Positions 15,808 through 28,658 of a stretch of 64,000 bases of DNA are shown here, piece after piece. The notes beneath the pieces were generated by a model that made no database searches, had not been told where the DNA came from, and saw nothing but the letters and a program-made list of their open reading frames with translations. Each line of letters starts with the position of its first letter. Position 1 is the first letter of the stretch. Source of the DNA: Halocafeteria seosinensis (Eukaryota); the NCBI GenBank assembly GCA_001687465.1, contig LVLI01000599.1, positions 1-64,000 of the forward strand. The letters are read 5' to 3'. Position numbers and translations under genes: made by a program.

Positions 15808-16508
15808 TCAAAGTGGAAGAGCTTCGCTCGGGAGTTTGCCCGCAGTGGTTAGCGATTCCCCACTGTCTTTGACCCAGTACAAACGACCGTAGCTGACAAA
15901 GAGTTCTTCTCCTGGCCGGAGAGCAGATCATTTTTGACACATGACTCATGGTCTGCACAAATAAATGATGTCACCGACGTCTTACCTGGTAATATGGTGC
16001 GGGTTGCCTCTACAATGGCACAACGACTGTCCTGCTGCTTGTCGAATGCTACGTTGTGCAAGGCGGAATTCCGAGGATCGTTGATATACCTCGCGAGAAC
16101 TGAGGGGTGCTTTAGCGGATCAACGTACATTTGAGGTCCTAGTCGCATGAGATAGCTCTTGTCTTTCCGTCTTATGGCTTCTTTAGTCCTAAGCGGTGTT
16201 CCAGAGTAGACGCAAATCTTATCTCCCGGCTGAAACTTGAGGATCGTGTACAATCCGAGTCCTGCGCTTTCAATCTGGGATGGAGCCGTGAATGTTGCGC
16301 ATCCTTTCCAGAAATGCTCGTGGTCGCCCAAGTACGCCTCTAGAGGATGCGCCATAGAGGAATCATGTCGAAGCTCATGTATGGAGACGCATTTTCCGTG
16401 ATAGTCATACACTTCACCAAGCACCTGGGTTGGGATGTCTGCTGCTGTTTCCGATTCATCCTGCTCCGGATCTGTGGAGACCACTGCGCCGTTGCGAACG
16501 CTAGCCAT
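15808..16508 (-). CDS. SET-domain lysine methyltransferase, 2 exons
   Basis: SQIESAGLGLY; LARYIND; after intron 15912-15985 it reads ILPG|EELFVSYGRLYW, completing the SET motifs. Confidence 0.85.
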
Positions 16509-16744
16509 TTTGAGTTGAGAGCTCTTCTGCGTTATGCGTTCATCTTCGTCGTACTAGCTGACCGCTGCTAGCAGCTTGCAGTCGAGTCTAAGACTCTAAG
16601 CTTCATGCGTTATTTTTGCGATATAGGTAGGAATAATACGAAAAAAAGGGGAAAAAAAAACAAACAAAAAAAAAAAACAGAAGAAATGAAATGTCTTGTT
16701 GTGTATCGTCGAAATAGACACGTTTGATGTTGTGATAAAGCACA

Positions 16745-18180
16745 ATGAAATCCACTGCAACAATACTATCCATTCTTCCACTACTGCTAACTATAGGAGA
16801 GATCACCGCCCAAGATGAAGATGCTGATCGATGGGCAGTGCTCGTAAGTAGTGCTGAATCCTTGTCTCAATCTTCCTAGAGTATGCTTCTGTAGTATGCT
16901 TGCGTGCCCAATGACAGGTGGATACATCCAGGTACTTTTTCAATTACCGGCACACTTCCGACGTCATGGCTATGTACCAGAACTTACGAGAGGCCGGTTT
17001 ACCTGATTCCAGGGTACGCAGGCTTTGAAACAGTCATAGAACGAACTATCGTCTTTCATTCACTCTTTGTGTACGTGTGTAATATTCTTCAGATTGTCGT
17101 TATGATCGCTGACGATGCCAGCTGCAACCCGAGGAACCCCATGCCGGGACAGCTCTATCTCAACAGCAGTCATAAACACAACCTGTAAGCGTTTTGCTCG
17201 ATGGAGTGTGGTTTAATCGAGAGCATCTGAACCTGAACTTGTCATGCAGACTGCGTTGTGATCAATGGGTGGATTATAGGGGCCGCGATGTTACCCCCCG
17301 TACGCTGCTAGACGTTCTTACAGGTTGGGATGGGGACTCTGACACGGCACCGATTCTCAACACAGGCCCGAATTCTAATGTTTTCATTTATATGAATGGC
17401 CACAGTGGAGACCAATTTTTCAAGTTCCATGACACTATGGAACTCTCATCCCAAGACTTTGGTACAGCTATCGCTGACATGGCCATCCTTCGAAGGTATC
17501 GAGAGCTCTTAGTGATGTGGGACACCTGTGAGGCATCAACTATGTGGGAAGGCCTCCCCCTTGAAGTTCCAACGAGATCTTCTGTTATTGAGGAGAGAAG
17601 TCAGAACCAGGAAAGTTGGTTAGAATATTTGAGTCGTAGCGTGGAAGAGGCCTTACAGACGCTAGTCAACCTTCTGACCGAAGATGATGGGCGAGACAAC
17701 ATCAACAATGAGGTAACTCATCGGCCTCGTGTACCCTCGCGCATGCAGGTAAATCTGACAGGCCTTGGCACCAGTAACCGAGGAGAAAATAGCTATGCCG
17801 AGGGATTTGACCCTATTATCGGATTGGCACTTCGAGATGGATTCGCAAAAGGAACGTACGCTTACTTTCGGGAGAGGATTCTCCCTACTGTGATCCAACT
17901 AAGGGAACAGCATGGTGACATGTCCAAACTTGAGCGACCTACGCACACAGTCCTCGATTGGCTTTCCTCAGCCGGGCCTGTCGATTTCTCAACTGGAGTG
18001 CTAGGTGTCAGAACTGATCTCTCCCGTGACGAGAGAAGATCAGATTCCTCTCGTCGTGAGATGTATGCCGGCTCTACTAAGGGAATCAATGAAGATATCA
18101 AAGGCCTACTCAATAGAACTGGGCTAGATGAATTCTGGTTTGGATGGGGGGAAACTGAGGTAACGTTGTCATACGATTGA
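16745..18180 (+). CDS. GPI8: GPI transamidase catalytic subunit (peptidase C13), 4 exons
   Basis: Signal peptide; WAVL|VDTSRYFFNYRH; MIADDASCNPRNP; VDYRG; catalytic His in YMNGHSG and Cys in DTCEA. Confidence 0.9.
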
Positions 18181-18992
18181 TCCCGTCCCAAACGAACACT
18201 GTAAATAGGATGACAAAGAGGTGATAACTACCAAGTTGGATAGTTGCCGTACTGAGCTACACGCTACCACTCACACAGTGCAATTTCAGAGGACGACCGG
18301 AGATTGGTACGGCCATCTGTTGCACATAGCGAGCGATGTACTCCTCAAACAACGCTAGCGGTCGTTGTTTGGACACGTCACTATGAACCATTTCGTATAT
18401 GCATCTTGACGAAATACGAGCTACGTTGTACGGACATCGTTTCATTTGCACGACTTCAGCCGGAAGCCGGAAGTTACCCAGAGAAATTGAGACTCCGGGA
18501 TCAATCTCATCGACCGTACTGACTTTCCAAAACAGTTACTTCAATGAATTTTTAGCTAGTCGTCTAAGAAATACGAGGAAAATGATAACGCAAAGCGGTC
18601 CGCTCTAGAACACTTGAAACTTTCGAGGTTTTGCCCGGTTCCTTCACATACTGACAATTAGCTTGGAGTACTTCCTGTAACCAGTTAGCGTAACACCCAT
18701 GACAGTAAGAAACGCTTAATAAACTTACCTGCAATTGTCAGATACTTATATCAGTTTTGAAGAGAAGCCTGTGTCCTTTCGATGATGTTATACTTTCCAG
18801 TTGGTTGGCTGGTCGCACTTCACAGCTGCAATTACCCGACTCGAGTTTGTTGCAACAGACCCTGGAAAGGAGTAGCGACGCGAAGGTAGGTATTGAATGA
18901 CCGTAGTAACCTTGCTTGCTATGGTAGCAACAAGAATGGGTTGTATCTTGTAAACATCTTGAGTGTTGGGAAGAAAGACAGCATCGAGAGCG

Positions 18993-20926
18993 ATGAGGAG
19001 GCCCCGACCAAAGAAGCTTAAAACGAGCAAGGTATTATCTCACGACACGACCCTGGCAGCAATTATGCACCCCTCTAAAAGCGTTTATCTGCGGTGCAGC
19101 TTCTGTTACGATGTGGGCTTTTGAGCATCTGCGTGTGCATGGTAATCCTGGTGTTAGCCAACATCAACACGATGCTATATGGAGCAGAAGAGCTGGAATT
19201 AGCTTCTGTCAAGAACGTAAGTGCTGGTGACATCGAGGAAATTTGTGCTCACTGTGATAGACACGATCCGGCCTTATGTCAGAAATATGAGGAGCAAATT
19301 AGAGCACTGGAACGCGAAAAGCGAGGAGACCAAAATCTACGTGGTATCCAGGAGGAAGAGGACTCGTCGTCCTCCTCGTCAGAGACAGTAGTGAAGAAGG
19401 AGCCAGATATGCCAACAATGCCGGATGATCCTTCTCAGGAGAAGACGTTTATAGCGCTGCTGGTAATATGCTACAACAGACCGCAGTATCTGCGCAACCT
19501 CCTAAACAATATCCGTCAGAACCTCCCGGAAGGCGATCCGCTGGACATCTTTATATCTCAAGATGGACAGAGGCGGGATGTTGCCGGAGAAATACAGCTA
19601 TTTCAGAAGGAAGTGCTAGAAAGTCGTCCGGACGCAGAAGTGAACCATTTGCAGCATCAACAGGAGCATCGCGGGGACGATGATAGGTACGCCCATCTGT
19701 AGACTTACCCGGGCACAATACACGATAAGCATGAACCTATTTTGCAGGCACGGATATCAAAAACTTTCTCGTCATTTTGGATGGGCGATAGAGCAGGTCT
19801 TTCAAAAGGGTTATAAGCACGTCATAATTTTGGAGGTGAGTTAACATGGGACACGAACCGACAAGAGTCCGAGGAAATGCATGTGTTCGTGAGGTCGTTA
19901 CAGGAGGATCTTGAGATATCTGTCGACTTCTTCCCATATTTTTATGCCATGGCCGAAATTCTCGACAATGATGAAACTTTGTTAGCTGTTAGCGCGTATA
20001 ATGATATTGGACAACCACAGTTTGTCTCCGATCCAAGTGAGTAATGTAGCGGATTTGCCCCTGCCCCGACAGTACACGCAAATTTACCTTCCTATCTTAC
20101 TATCTTACAGAATTTGCTGTAAGGTCCGATTTCTTTCCTGGGCTAGGATGGATGATACCCCGTCGCATATGGGATGAGATAGGTCCCAAGTGGCCGGCAG
20201 GGTATTGGGATGACTGGATGAGGGAACCTCACGTCAGAAAAGGTAAGAATCGTCCCTTCATACAACGGACCCCTAACGCTGTCTAAATCACCCACAAATT
20301 TTTCTCTACGTGGCCTCAGACCGAGCAATAATTCGCCCCGAAGTGTCACGAACGAGAACTATCGGCAAAGTAGGAGTTTCGGGATCGCAGTATTTTGATA
20401 AATACTTGGGAAATATCAAGTTAAATGACGAGCCTGTAGATTGGCTTTACTTGGACATCGACTACCTCTTAAAGGTGCGGCTGGCGCATTCTCGGAGACT
20501 CTACGGAGCGACTCAACAATTATGATTCATTCGTGCAGGATACTTTCGACGCTGATTTCCATGCGCTCATTGCGTCGGCCACTGATATGAAGCTGGACGA
20601 ATTATTTAGTCAGGAATGCCGGGATCACCACCCTGAGGAAGATAAACTTCTCAAGACTCCGTACAAGTTAGAGGCCAAAGAGAAAGGTCCTTACCCGGAT
20701 TGGAAGAAAGTAGCTACTGTGAGTCACTGGATGTTCCAATCAGCACGCATTGTTATTGTTCATCTCTTTTTTCTCTGAGCAGACATTTGGGTTTATCGAT
20801 GATATAAAGGCTGGAGTTCCCCGTACTGCATACCAGGGAGTGGTCCGCATTTCTCATAAAGGATGCACCAAACTATTTTACCCTCACGATTGGGATCCAG
20901 AGCAGTATCGACAAGCCGGTGGTTAA
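18993..20926 (+). CDS. MGAT1: Alpha-1,3-mannosyl-glycoprotein GlcNAc transferase I (GT13), type II membrane protein, 8 exons
   Basis: Basic tail plus TM segment; [56 protein letters not shown]. Confidence 0.92.
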
Positions 20927-21554
20927 ATACTGCGGGAAAACCTTAATGTATCTTCAGGGCCACCGTGGGGTTCCTGTACGGCGGATGTAACAACTAGGTG
21001 TTTATCAAATACCGCGTCAACATCTGGTCGCTCATTTATTGAACATTTAGTTTTTGTAATTTTTAACACGAGCATAGAGGTACAAGTAGTATCTTGACAG
21101 CTGCCTTAACAGACTTCGCGACACCTGGACTTCAGGTCCTGAAGACAGCAAACTGACATACAACATTTCATCGTGTAGAGCAAGTACCACCTGTTGAATA
21201 TGGTCTTGTCTTCCGCATTTTCCAGCATGAATTGTTTCAATGAACCGAGGACTCCCGTCGGTAAACTGTAAGCTTGCTTAAAACTTCACATTTTTTGGCA
21301 AGTTGAAGTTCAATGTTGAAGGAAAGATTGCTCTGTTTTACGTCCATCTAAGACCATCTTCCAAAGATTGCAGAACATTGGCATGTAATGGTTTGTATAC
21401 CTCTTGGGACTTGTATAGAACGCTGATTAGATGTGTTGCTGTACCTACCTTTGTATGCGCCCCTATAGTTTTGAGTTAGTCCCACAGAGAACACTGCAAT
21501 TCTCGCCCCCTGGGTTTTAGACCTAGAAATTCCTCTCCTTATAAGCAGCAAAAA

Positions 21555-24500
21555 ATGCCCTCTCCAGAAATTACTGACTGTGAAACGACGGTGATATGTT
21601 ACACCTTGGATGGCTCGTTTGATCCTTTGCGGGGCGGTACGCAAGAGCCTCCCCAAAGCCGACAGCGCCTGTCTCCAGACTCACCTGGAGGAGCCCCGTC
21701 TCCTGAACGTGTTGGCACTCGAATTCCTCCCCCCCTTATCGGCGTTGGAGGAGAAATAAACTGCAAGGATACGACCAATCCCCAAGGTAGTAATAATGAG
21801 CACTTCAAATTGATGGACGACGACTTTTTGGATCAGCTCGTTGTGTCCTGCGTTATGAAAGTGCATGAGCGAGCTGACCAGAGCAATGCAGAAAATCCGC
21901 GAGGTGCTGTCATTGGATACTTGATAAATTCTTACGCTAGAACAGAAGACATTCGGAAAACTTTACCTGTCCGTGTCGAAATGAAGTTGAAAACCGCCAA
22001 CATTGCGCGGGAACAGTTCGAAAAAGCGACACAGAAACTCCTTAAGGTCATAGTCTCATATTGCTCCTTGGCAATAGCAGATCCGGACTTCTGTGCTTCC
22101 GGGGATGAAGATCCTGAAAAGAGCACGGCGTTGGCGGCCGAAGTCATCGCAGATTGTCTCCGAGGATTTAATGGTCGTAGCATTCCACCTCCTGTGAGTA
22201 TGACAAGAGGTTCTCTTTCGGTTAATACTGGACATTATGGTGTTTTGTTGAGATTTTGTTTCAGGGTTTCTTGAATGACTTGGCTGCACACTGCTCTAGT
22301 GGCGAGAACGACGTAAACCTTAAGGACGTATTCTTCCCTATATACAACTATTTTTATGAATACTTAGGCCGATGGCATCGCCACCTGAATATCAGTGACG
22401 AAGACGGGAATAACAGGGATCCTGCTGCGGCCATGCGTCGTATGATGCAACTGATGTCTCCACAATCCAGTCAGGATGCGGCTTCGTCTTTACGGGAACC
22501 ATGTGTGACAGACAGCCAGACATACAATCCAGAAATGCAGGCCCTCACAACTCTCTCTGGCGTGAAGTCGGTCAACCTGATGCTGGTTAACGAGTCGTTG
22601 TGGAATCCGTCCTCTAATGAAGAGCAGTCCATGGACGGATGGTCCATAGAGAGCCAGAGTTTGATGGGACGTGTTCTGGGATTAGGGCCATCTCGGCAAG
22701 ACTTTCGCAGCTCTCGTCTTGCCTCAATTAACTCTGGGAGCCCCCAATCCACTTACAACCTTTTGGGAAACATGATGGGTAATCCCTCCCAGAATACGAC
22801 CTCCAACGACCTAGTCAGAAGGATTGCTGAAACTACCTACCCTGATGGTGGAATGTCTATGCCTGATCATATGCTTCAGGCCAATTGCGTCAGTGGGGAG
22901 GACGGCCAGCGGAAATTTATCTCCCCTGATGAAAAACAGGTAGCCAAGGATGTGATGAAAACAATTACTGGTGGGATACAAACTCATGCTGCTTGTTGCC
23001 AGCCAATAGTTGATGGTTATCTGCGACGAGGAGCTCGCAAGGGCTTCATGCATTGGCTTGCGGCAGTGCTAAAGCACAACAGGATGCGCCCCAGTGTCGG
23101 CTATTTACACCACGGTCGAGTATCGAATGCAGGTAAACTATCGTCGCACAGCTTCTTGATGCAAGTCGGAAAGGCCATGGTCAAAATCTGTTCTCCATTT
23201 CTCGATCCAACAAGTAATCTGGCCTCCAAAATAGATATTCGGTTTGTTCTTGATGCTCCCGGATGTGGTAACGAGCTTTTTTCTACCGATAATGAGACGA
23301 AAATGTGCTCGTTTGATGTGAAATCGCTACTCAATCATCAAAGTAACGGAGCCACAGATTCTGCCGCGGGAGACTCAGAAACAAGCATGAGATGGTTGGA
23401 CAGCCGAAACCCCGCACGTATCAAACAGTTTGAATCACAACAGAAGGCGTCGGCTCAAGAGCAACTCACTCATCTGAAAACAATCTTGTCGTCAAAGCAA
23501 GATCACTATGATTTCTCTGACACGATGCCATCGTTTGCTGCTGGACATGCATCGAACGATGCTCTGAAACGTACACTCATGGGATTTGACTTGCCTGACG
23601 ACCTAGAGCGTCCTGAGTATGGGACCGTGTCTCAGTTCTTCTTTACAACTGCACTATTGCTGCACGTTGGCGTGCTCTCTTCAATGCAGCGTCATCAGAA
23701 TATTCTGAGATCGTTAAAGCATGTAAAGGATCAAAGACAGACGATCCAACAGCAGGCACGAAACGGCGACCGTCGGGCTCAGATGGGGCTCTTACAAGCA
23801 ACAGATGTCATTGAGAAAGACACTGAGGAATTACTGACCATTGATAGCTACATATACGACGAAGAACTACTAAATCTGTGTATGGGGTTTTATCGAGCTG
23901 TGGCAGTGCTGATGATACGCACTTTGACCAGGCCTTTAGATATTGTGGCTGCTGCTAATGGTGAAGTCGAACAGCCGCTGGTTTCGCTATTAAAGGAAGT
24001 GTCGAGCAACCAAACTGAACGATCTAAAGCACCGCTTCCAATGGTTTCATTGAGTTTACCCTTGCCGTTGCCTACACAGCATATAACGAACATTCCGGAG
24101 TTCATGGTGGAAGACGGTAAGTTCGCATCCAGAAGAATGAATCGCCTCCCAATATTATCTTTGGATTCTCTGTGTGACCGCAGTGTTCACATTCATCATC
24201 AATAGCAAAACGAATGCCGGCATGAAGACATGGGTATCTCAAGCGTCTCCTCTAGTTCATGATTTCCTTTCATTCCTTGTGGTGTGCATATCCTCGCCGT
24301 TGCACATAAGCAATCCATATATCCGTGGGAAAGCGGTCCAGGCTATTGAGGTCTTTGTACCCCTCCCAGAAGACAAAGCTAGGACCTCCGAAGGTAGAAC
24401 TGCAGGACACCCTCTTCATCCTTTCTTCCAGCACATTGCAAACCACGAAACGGCATGTTTGGAATTGACTCCGTCACTAGGGAGATTCTGGGTTGATATT

Positions 24501-25887
24501 GAAACAACAGGCAGCCATACGCAATTTTACGATAAAGTAAGCATCAGTCAAGATGACGCAAACATCCTTTGGTGCGTAACGTGGTGTTGTATCTGACCTC
24601 CGCAGTTTACGTTTCGCTTTAGCTGCATGAATATAATGGAGTTTTTGTGGGATATTCCAGCTCATCGACAGGCCTTCATCAAGTGGGTAGCAGCGGGGCT
24701 AGACACACCTAATGCTGCTGAAATAAGAACTGAGCTTAAGCAATCGTCTGCCCATGAGAGCATGGGAGATTCTGAGGATGTCCCATTCCAGCTAAGGTTC
24801 GGAGCGCTTGTACTAAGCGACATACTGTATCACATGGAAGAGGCCTTCAAGGCACTAGAAGAACTGAAGGAACTGCAGCAACGAGGTGAAACCCAGACTA
24901 CAAGTAACGAAGATACTGAAGAGAGTGTCGAAGAAGCCCGACATCGAAACACGGAGATGGCTAAGTGGTCTCTGAGATCTGCAACGATGGTTACGGATAT
25001 GCTTGCTTATCTTACCTCTGAGGAGGTCATCTCCAGTCTGTTCCTTGGCGAACACTTACGAGGCAGAACTGCGGAAATGCTTATGTCTTTGCTGAGTCAA
25101 CTTGTTGGAAAGTCCAGCAAAAAGCTGAAGGTTGCAAACATGGACGAAATTGGATTCAACCCGCGGAAACTTTTACTTAGAGTGACAAGAATATTCAACA
25201 ACTTGGGTAGTGCGAGTGAGAAAATTAAAACCGGAAGAAGTGCAGAAGAGTCAGCGGCCTCCACCTCGGGTCAAGCAGGAGAAGTTTCCGATCCTGCTTT
25301 GTCCAACCCATTCTTGGTAGCCGTAGTCAAAGAAGAAAGATTTTTCAAGATCGAAAATTTCCACAGAACGTGCCAAGTCCTCAAGGATTCCAATTTTTTG
25401 ATGGAAAACCCCACTGCAGGACTGGAAGTAGAGCGTTTCGAGGTGCGTCTCAATGGGGGTTAACTGTTTGGCATTGGGTTTTTTATTGCAAGTGGATTTC
25501 ATGCAGATATGGACGGAAGCTGTCTCAGGAGCAGCCGAGGCAATGGAGGAAGCTGAAGGAGACATTGATCTGGATGATGTTCCTGAAGAGTTCTTAGACC
25601 CATTGATGTTTACGATAATGAATGATCCCGTCAGATTACCTACCTCTGATACTGTGATGGACAAGCAGTATATTGTCCGTCATTTGTTGGATAACCCACA
25701 GGTTAGTAGAGTGGTTATATCTCACTGTGTGTACGTTTCATCCATTGGTGCTTCATTGCAGGACCCGTTTAATCGTGAACATCTGACGAGCAATATGCTG
25801 CAACCTCAGACGGAGCTCAAACAAAAAATTCAAGATTTCCTGAAGGAGAAGCGTGCAGAAGCCCGTTCGCGTAGGGAGAAACAATAA
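21555..25887 (+). CDS. UFD2: Ubiquitin conjugation factor E4 (Ufd2 core plus U-box), 6 exons
   Basis: IPEFMVED; ISNPYIRGK; VDIETTGSHTQFYDK|F; QLVGKSSKKLKV; U-box DVPEEFLDPLMFTIMNDPVRLPTS...DPFNR. Confidence 0.92.
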
Positions 25888-26130
25888 AGTCACGCGGGAA
25901 GGACTACTCGCCGAAGTATTCATACGATGCTAGCGCGTAGTTTTGCTGTGTACACTGTTGCTAATTTGCTTGTCCGAACACACTTCCCGTAAAATCGAGC
26001 TAGAGTATGTGATTCCTAGACCCACCGGTCAATAGACGTAACTGGAAGCAATCTTGCTGCCGCGTCTTTGCGTGCTACAAGTACCGTCCATCTCCTCAGC
26101 GATGTATTCGCAATAATTTCAGGAGCGAAC

Positions 26131-28260
26131 TCAGTGTGGAGATTCAGCTTCATCCACTAGCGAAAGGGAGGACAGTGCATGGCGCACAGAGCTCGCCTCT
26201 GCATCGACCGGTTTCGCTGGGGACAATACCGGCGAAGCGCGCGCTAACGCCAATTCTTTGTTGTGCTCCGAATACGATCGCATTTTAGGTCTGGCACTTG
26301 CAGTATGATATTTTCCGGGAAGAACAGCGCTTGATCCGGATACGGTGTGGGTGTCAGTCACGGTGCCAACAGCCAGAAAATGACTGTGGCCTTGAACAAG
26401 TAACACCGGCATACCGACAAGTATGAACTCGGGATGGTGCTCAAACCGAATCTGGATGGTGTCTCTATCTCCAGTAGAGAGGGAAACAGAGCTACAATGA
26501 AGAATCTTTACAAGTTGCCTCACATTGCCAGAGTAGAGCATCGGACGTTGCTGTAACGATAGCGGCTTAACATGCTTGAGGACCAAGACATTTAATTCGG
26601 CAGAGAGGCAACCTTTGACAGAGCTTGAATACTCCACGAGGACCATCCCGCGCCTCACGCCTCTCAGGAATTTGTCAGGCAACACGTCTCTTGGTGGGTC
26701 CACTGCAAATGTTGCAGCGTGACCCGCCAACACAGAGTCCACGCGAACTCGAAGAACGTGAATGGATCGTATTTTGATAACCCTAAACTCGCCAAGCCCA
26801 TCCGGACCAATCTTAACATAGTCTCCGACGTGTACTTTGCCACTGAAAACTGTCCCCACAAGAACCACACCAACGTCCTCCACGTGGAATGCTTCACTGA
26901 GCCGAACAATGGTTTGTCTAGCAGCAAAAGCGTCATTGTCTCGAATCTGTCGCACACTGCAAAGAAAACGTCTTAGGAGCGATAGACCTTCTCCACTAAC
27001 GCACGAGATGTGGAACGAGGGTACCACATCTTCGGACTGTTTTGACAGCTTCGTGGCCTGTAATGATTCACTCTCGCTCGATATCGTTGTTATAGACATA
27101 TCGGCACTTCCAAGAAGAGAGTCTAATTGTTCATCAAGTCTCTTGACGGTTGCTGTGTCCACTTTATCAACTTTATTTATTAAAATCACGACTCTCAGTT
27201 TTAAGGACAAAGCAACGCCAAGATATTGCTTGAATGTCGCAGTTAAACCCAAATCTGCATCGATCAGCAAGAGACAGTACTCCGGAAGGTAGCCCATGAG
27301 TCCGAGTATCGTAGTTTTGAGATACCGCAGATCTCCTGCTAAATCCAACAGCGTAATAACTTTGGAACTCTTTTGCAGTAGTTCTTCCGAGGTTAAATCG
27401 TACCCGATATCATCATTGTCGCCAAACCGAACGAGTGAACCTTGGGAACTCACACCGAGGTACTGAGGAGAAACACTCGATGTGTGTCCCTCTTCAATTT
27501 CATGTCCGTGCCGTAATACAAACAATCTCGCAAGACCTTCCCCGTTATCCAATTGACCATTTGTTAGTACTCCAGAGAGTGTGGATTTACCGCAACCTGC
27601 TTGTCCGAGCAGGGCTATTTGCAGTTCTGGAAGGACCCCCGATGAGCGAAATGAACACCTTATCAGTAGCTGCTTAGCCTGGAGACTAGCTCCTACGTTT
27701 ATATGTCGTAGCTCAGTAATTTCAGCATCCAAGGATGAAGCTATCTGGCGGATGACATTCATAGACATTTGCATTTGGTCTTCTGTAATCCCTTTGATAG
27801 TACCGTCATCTTCCACTCCAACCCAGTAGTACGCCTCGTTGCCACCTTCGTAGAGTCTCCATTTCATCTGAGTAGTCAAGTGAGTGATGCGAGCTGCGTC
27901 CACATCGGTCAATTGCAGTTTGTATTCCGTGTTCCCCTCCTCCACTTCAGCTTCCAATGCCGGTGGATGCCGCCTGGTCAAGAACGAACTTCCAGTCGAC
28001 AAGACCCCATTGCCTGAGCGTCTTCTTCGAAGACGTCTGTCCAAAGTATATCGTGAATTGGTTCGGCCTTCCGTGACGGATCTAGAGAGGGGCTTCCCCT
28101 CTTCGTACGCTTCTCCATTCGCAATTTCCCGAGGCGGCGTGCACTTGACGTCCAAAGGCAATGTATCCTGATTCTCGCCCACGAATCGCGCTTCACATGA
28201 ATTTGATCGCTGCCTGAGGAAGGCAGCGCCCCCTGCTCCACTCTTCATTCCACTGTCCAT
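26131..28260 (-). CDS. GTPBP1/GTPBP2-family translational GTPase, intronless
   Basis: EVEEGNTEYKL; G1 GQAGCGKST; GQLDNGEGLAR; HEIEEGHTSS; G3 DLAG; G4 NKVD; EF-Tu-like domains II and III. Confidence 0.9.
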   Translation of the reverse strand: MDSGMKSGAGGAAFLRQRSNSCEARFVGENQDTLPLDVKCTPPREIANGEAYEEGKPLSRSVTEGRTNSRYTLDRRLRRRRSGNGVLSTGSSFLTRRHPPALEAEVEEGNTEYKLQLTDVDAARITHLTTQMKWRLYEGGNEAYYWVGVEDDGTIKGITEDQMQMSMNVIRQIASSLDAEITELRHINVGASLQAKQLLIRCSFRSSGVLPELQIALLGQAGCGKSTLSGVLTNGQLDNGEGLARLFVLRHGHEIEEGHTSSVSPQYLGVSSQGSLVRFGDNDDIGYDLTSEELLQKSSKVITLLDLAGDLRYLKTTILGLMGYLPEYCLLLIDADLGLTATFKQYLGVALSLKLRVVILINKVDKVDTATVKRLDEQLDSLLGSADMSITTISSESESLQATKLSKQSEDVVPSFHISCVSGEGLSLLRRFLCSVRQIRDNDAFAARQTIVRLSEAFHVEDVGVVLVGTVFSGKVHVGDYVKIGPDGLGEFRVIKIRSIHVLRVRVDSVLAGHAATFAVDPPRDVLPDKFLRGVRRGMVLVEYSSSVKGCLSAELNVLVLKHVKPLSLQQRPMLYSGNVRQLVKILHCSSVSLSTGDRDTIQIRFEHHPEFILVGMPVLLVQGHSHFLAVGTVTDTHTVSGSSAVLPGKYHTASARPKMRSYSEHNKELALARASPVLSPAKPVDAEASSVRHALSSLSLVDEAESPH

Positions 28261-28658
28261 AAGGCACGATAGAAATAAAAAAGCTCGGAGAGCTCAGTTC
28301 TCTTGACCACCGTCGGAGAGATACGCTTCACCGCAAATACGGCTCTGGTCACCCTACTATGCTGTCAGAAGTGGTGGTCATGATGCCAAAGTAAACAACA
28401 CATACAAGTATGTAAGCAAAATGCACAAGAAAGAATTAATCGAGTGTTATATGTATGTGCTTGTTTGTGCATGTGTTTGCGTTGATGATAAACAAACCTC
28501 TGTGAAAATTTCATGCTCTTGTGTTCGGCGAAGCGAAGGGAAGTACACAGTGACGGGTAGTTACACAAGCCCTTATAAAACCAGCATTAAATGCATATTG
28601 GAAACGGTTCGAATATCTCCTACCGATCATATATTGACTTACACATCCTGGCACGTGA

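Noticed and set aside
19822..19915. MGAT1 metal-binding motif reads EED rather than EDD
   Set aside because: EED occurs in other GT13 members such as POMGNT1, so it is not evidence of inactivation.
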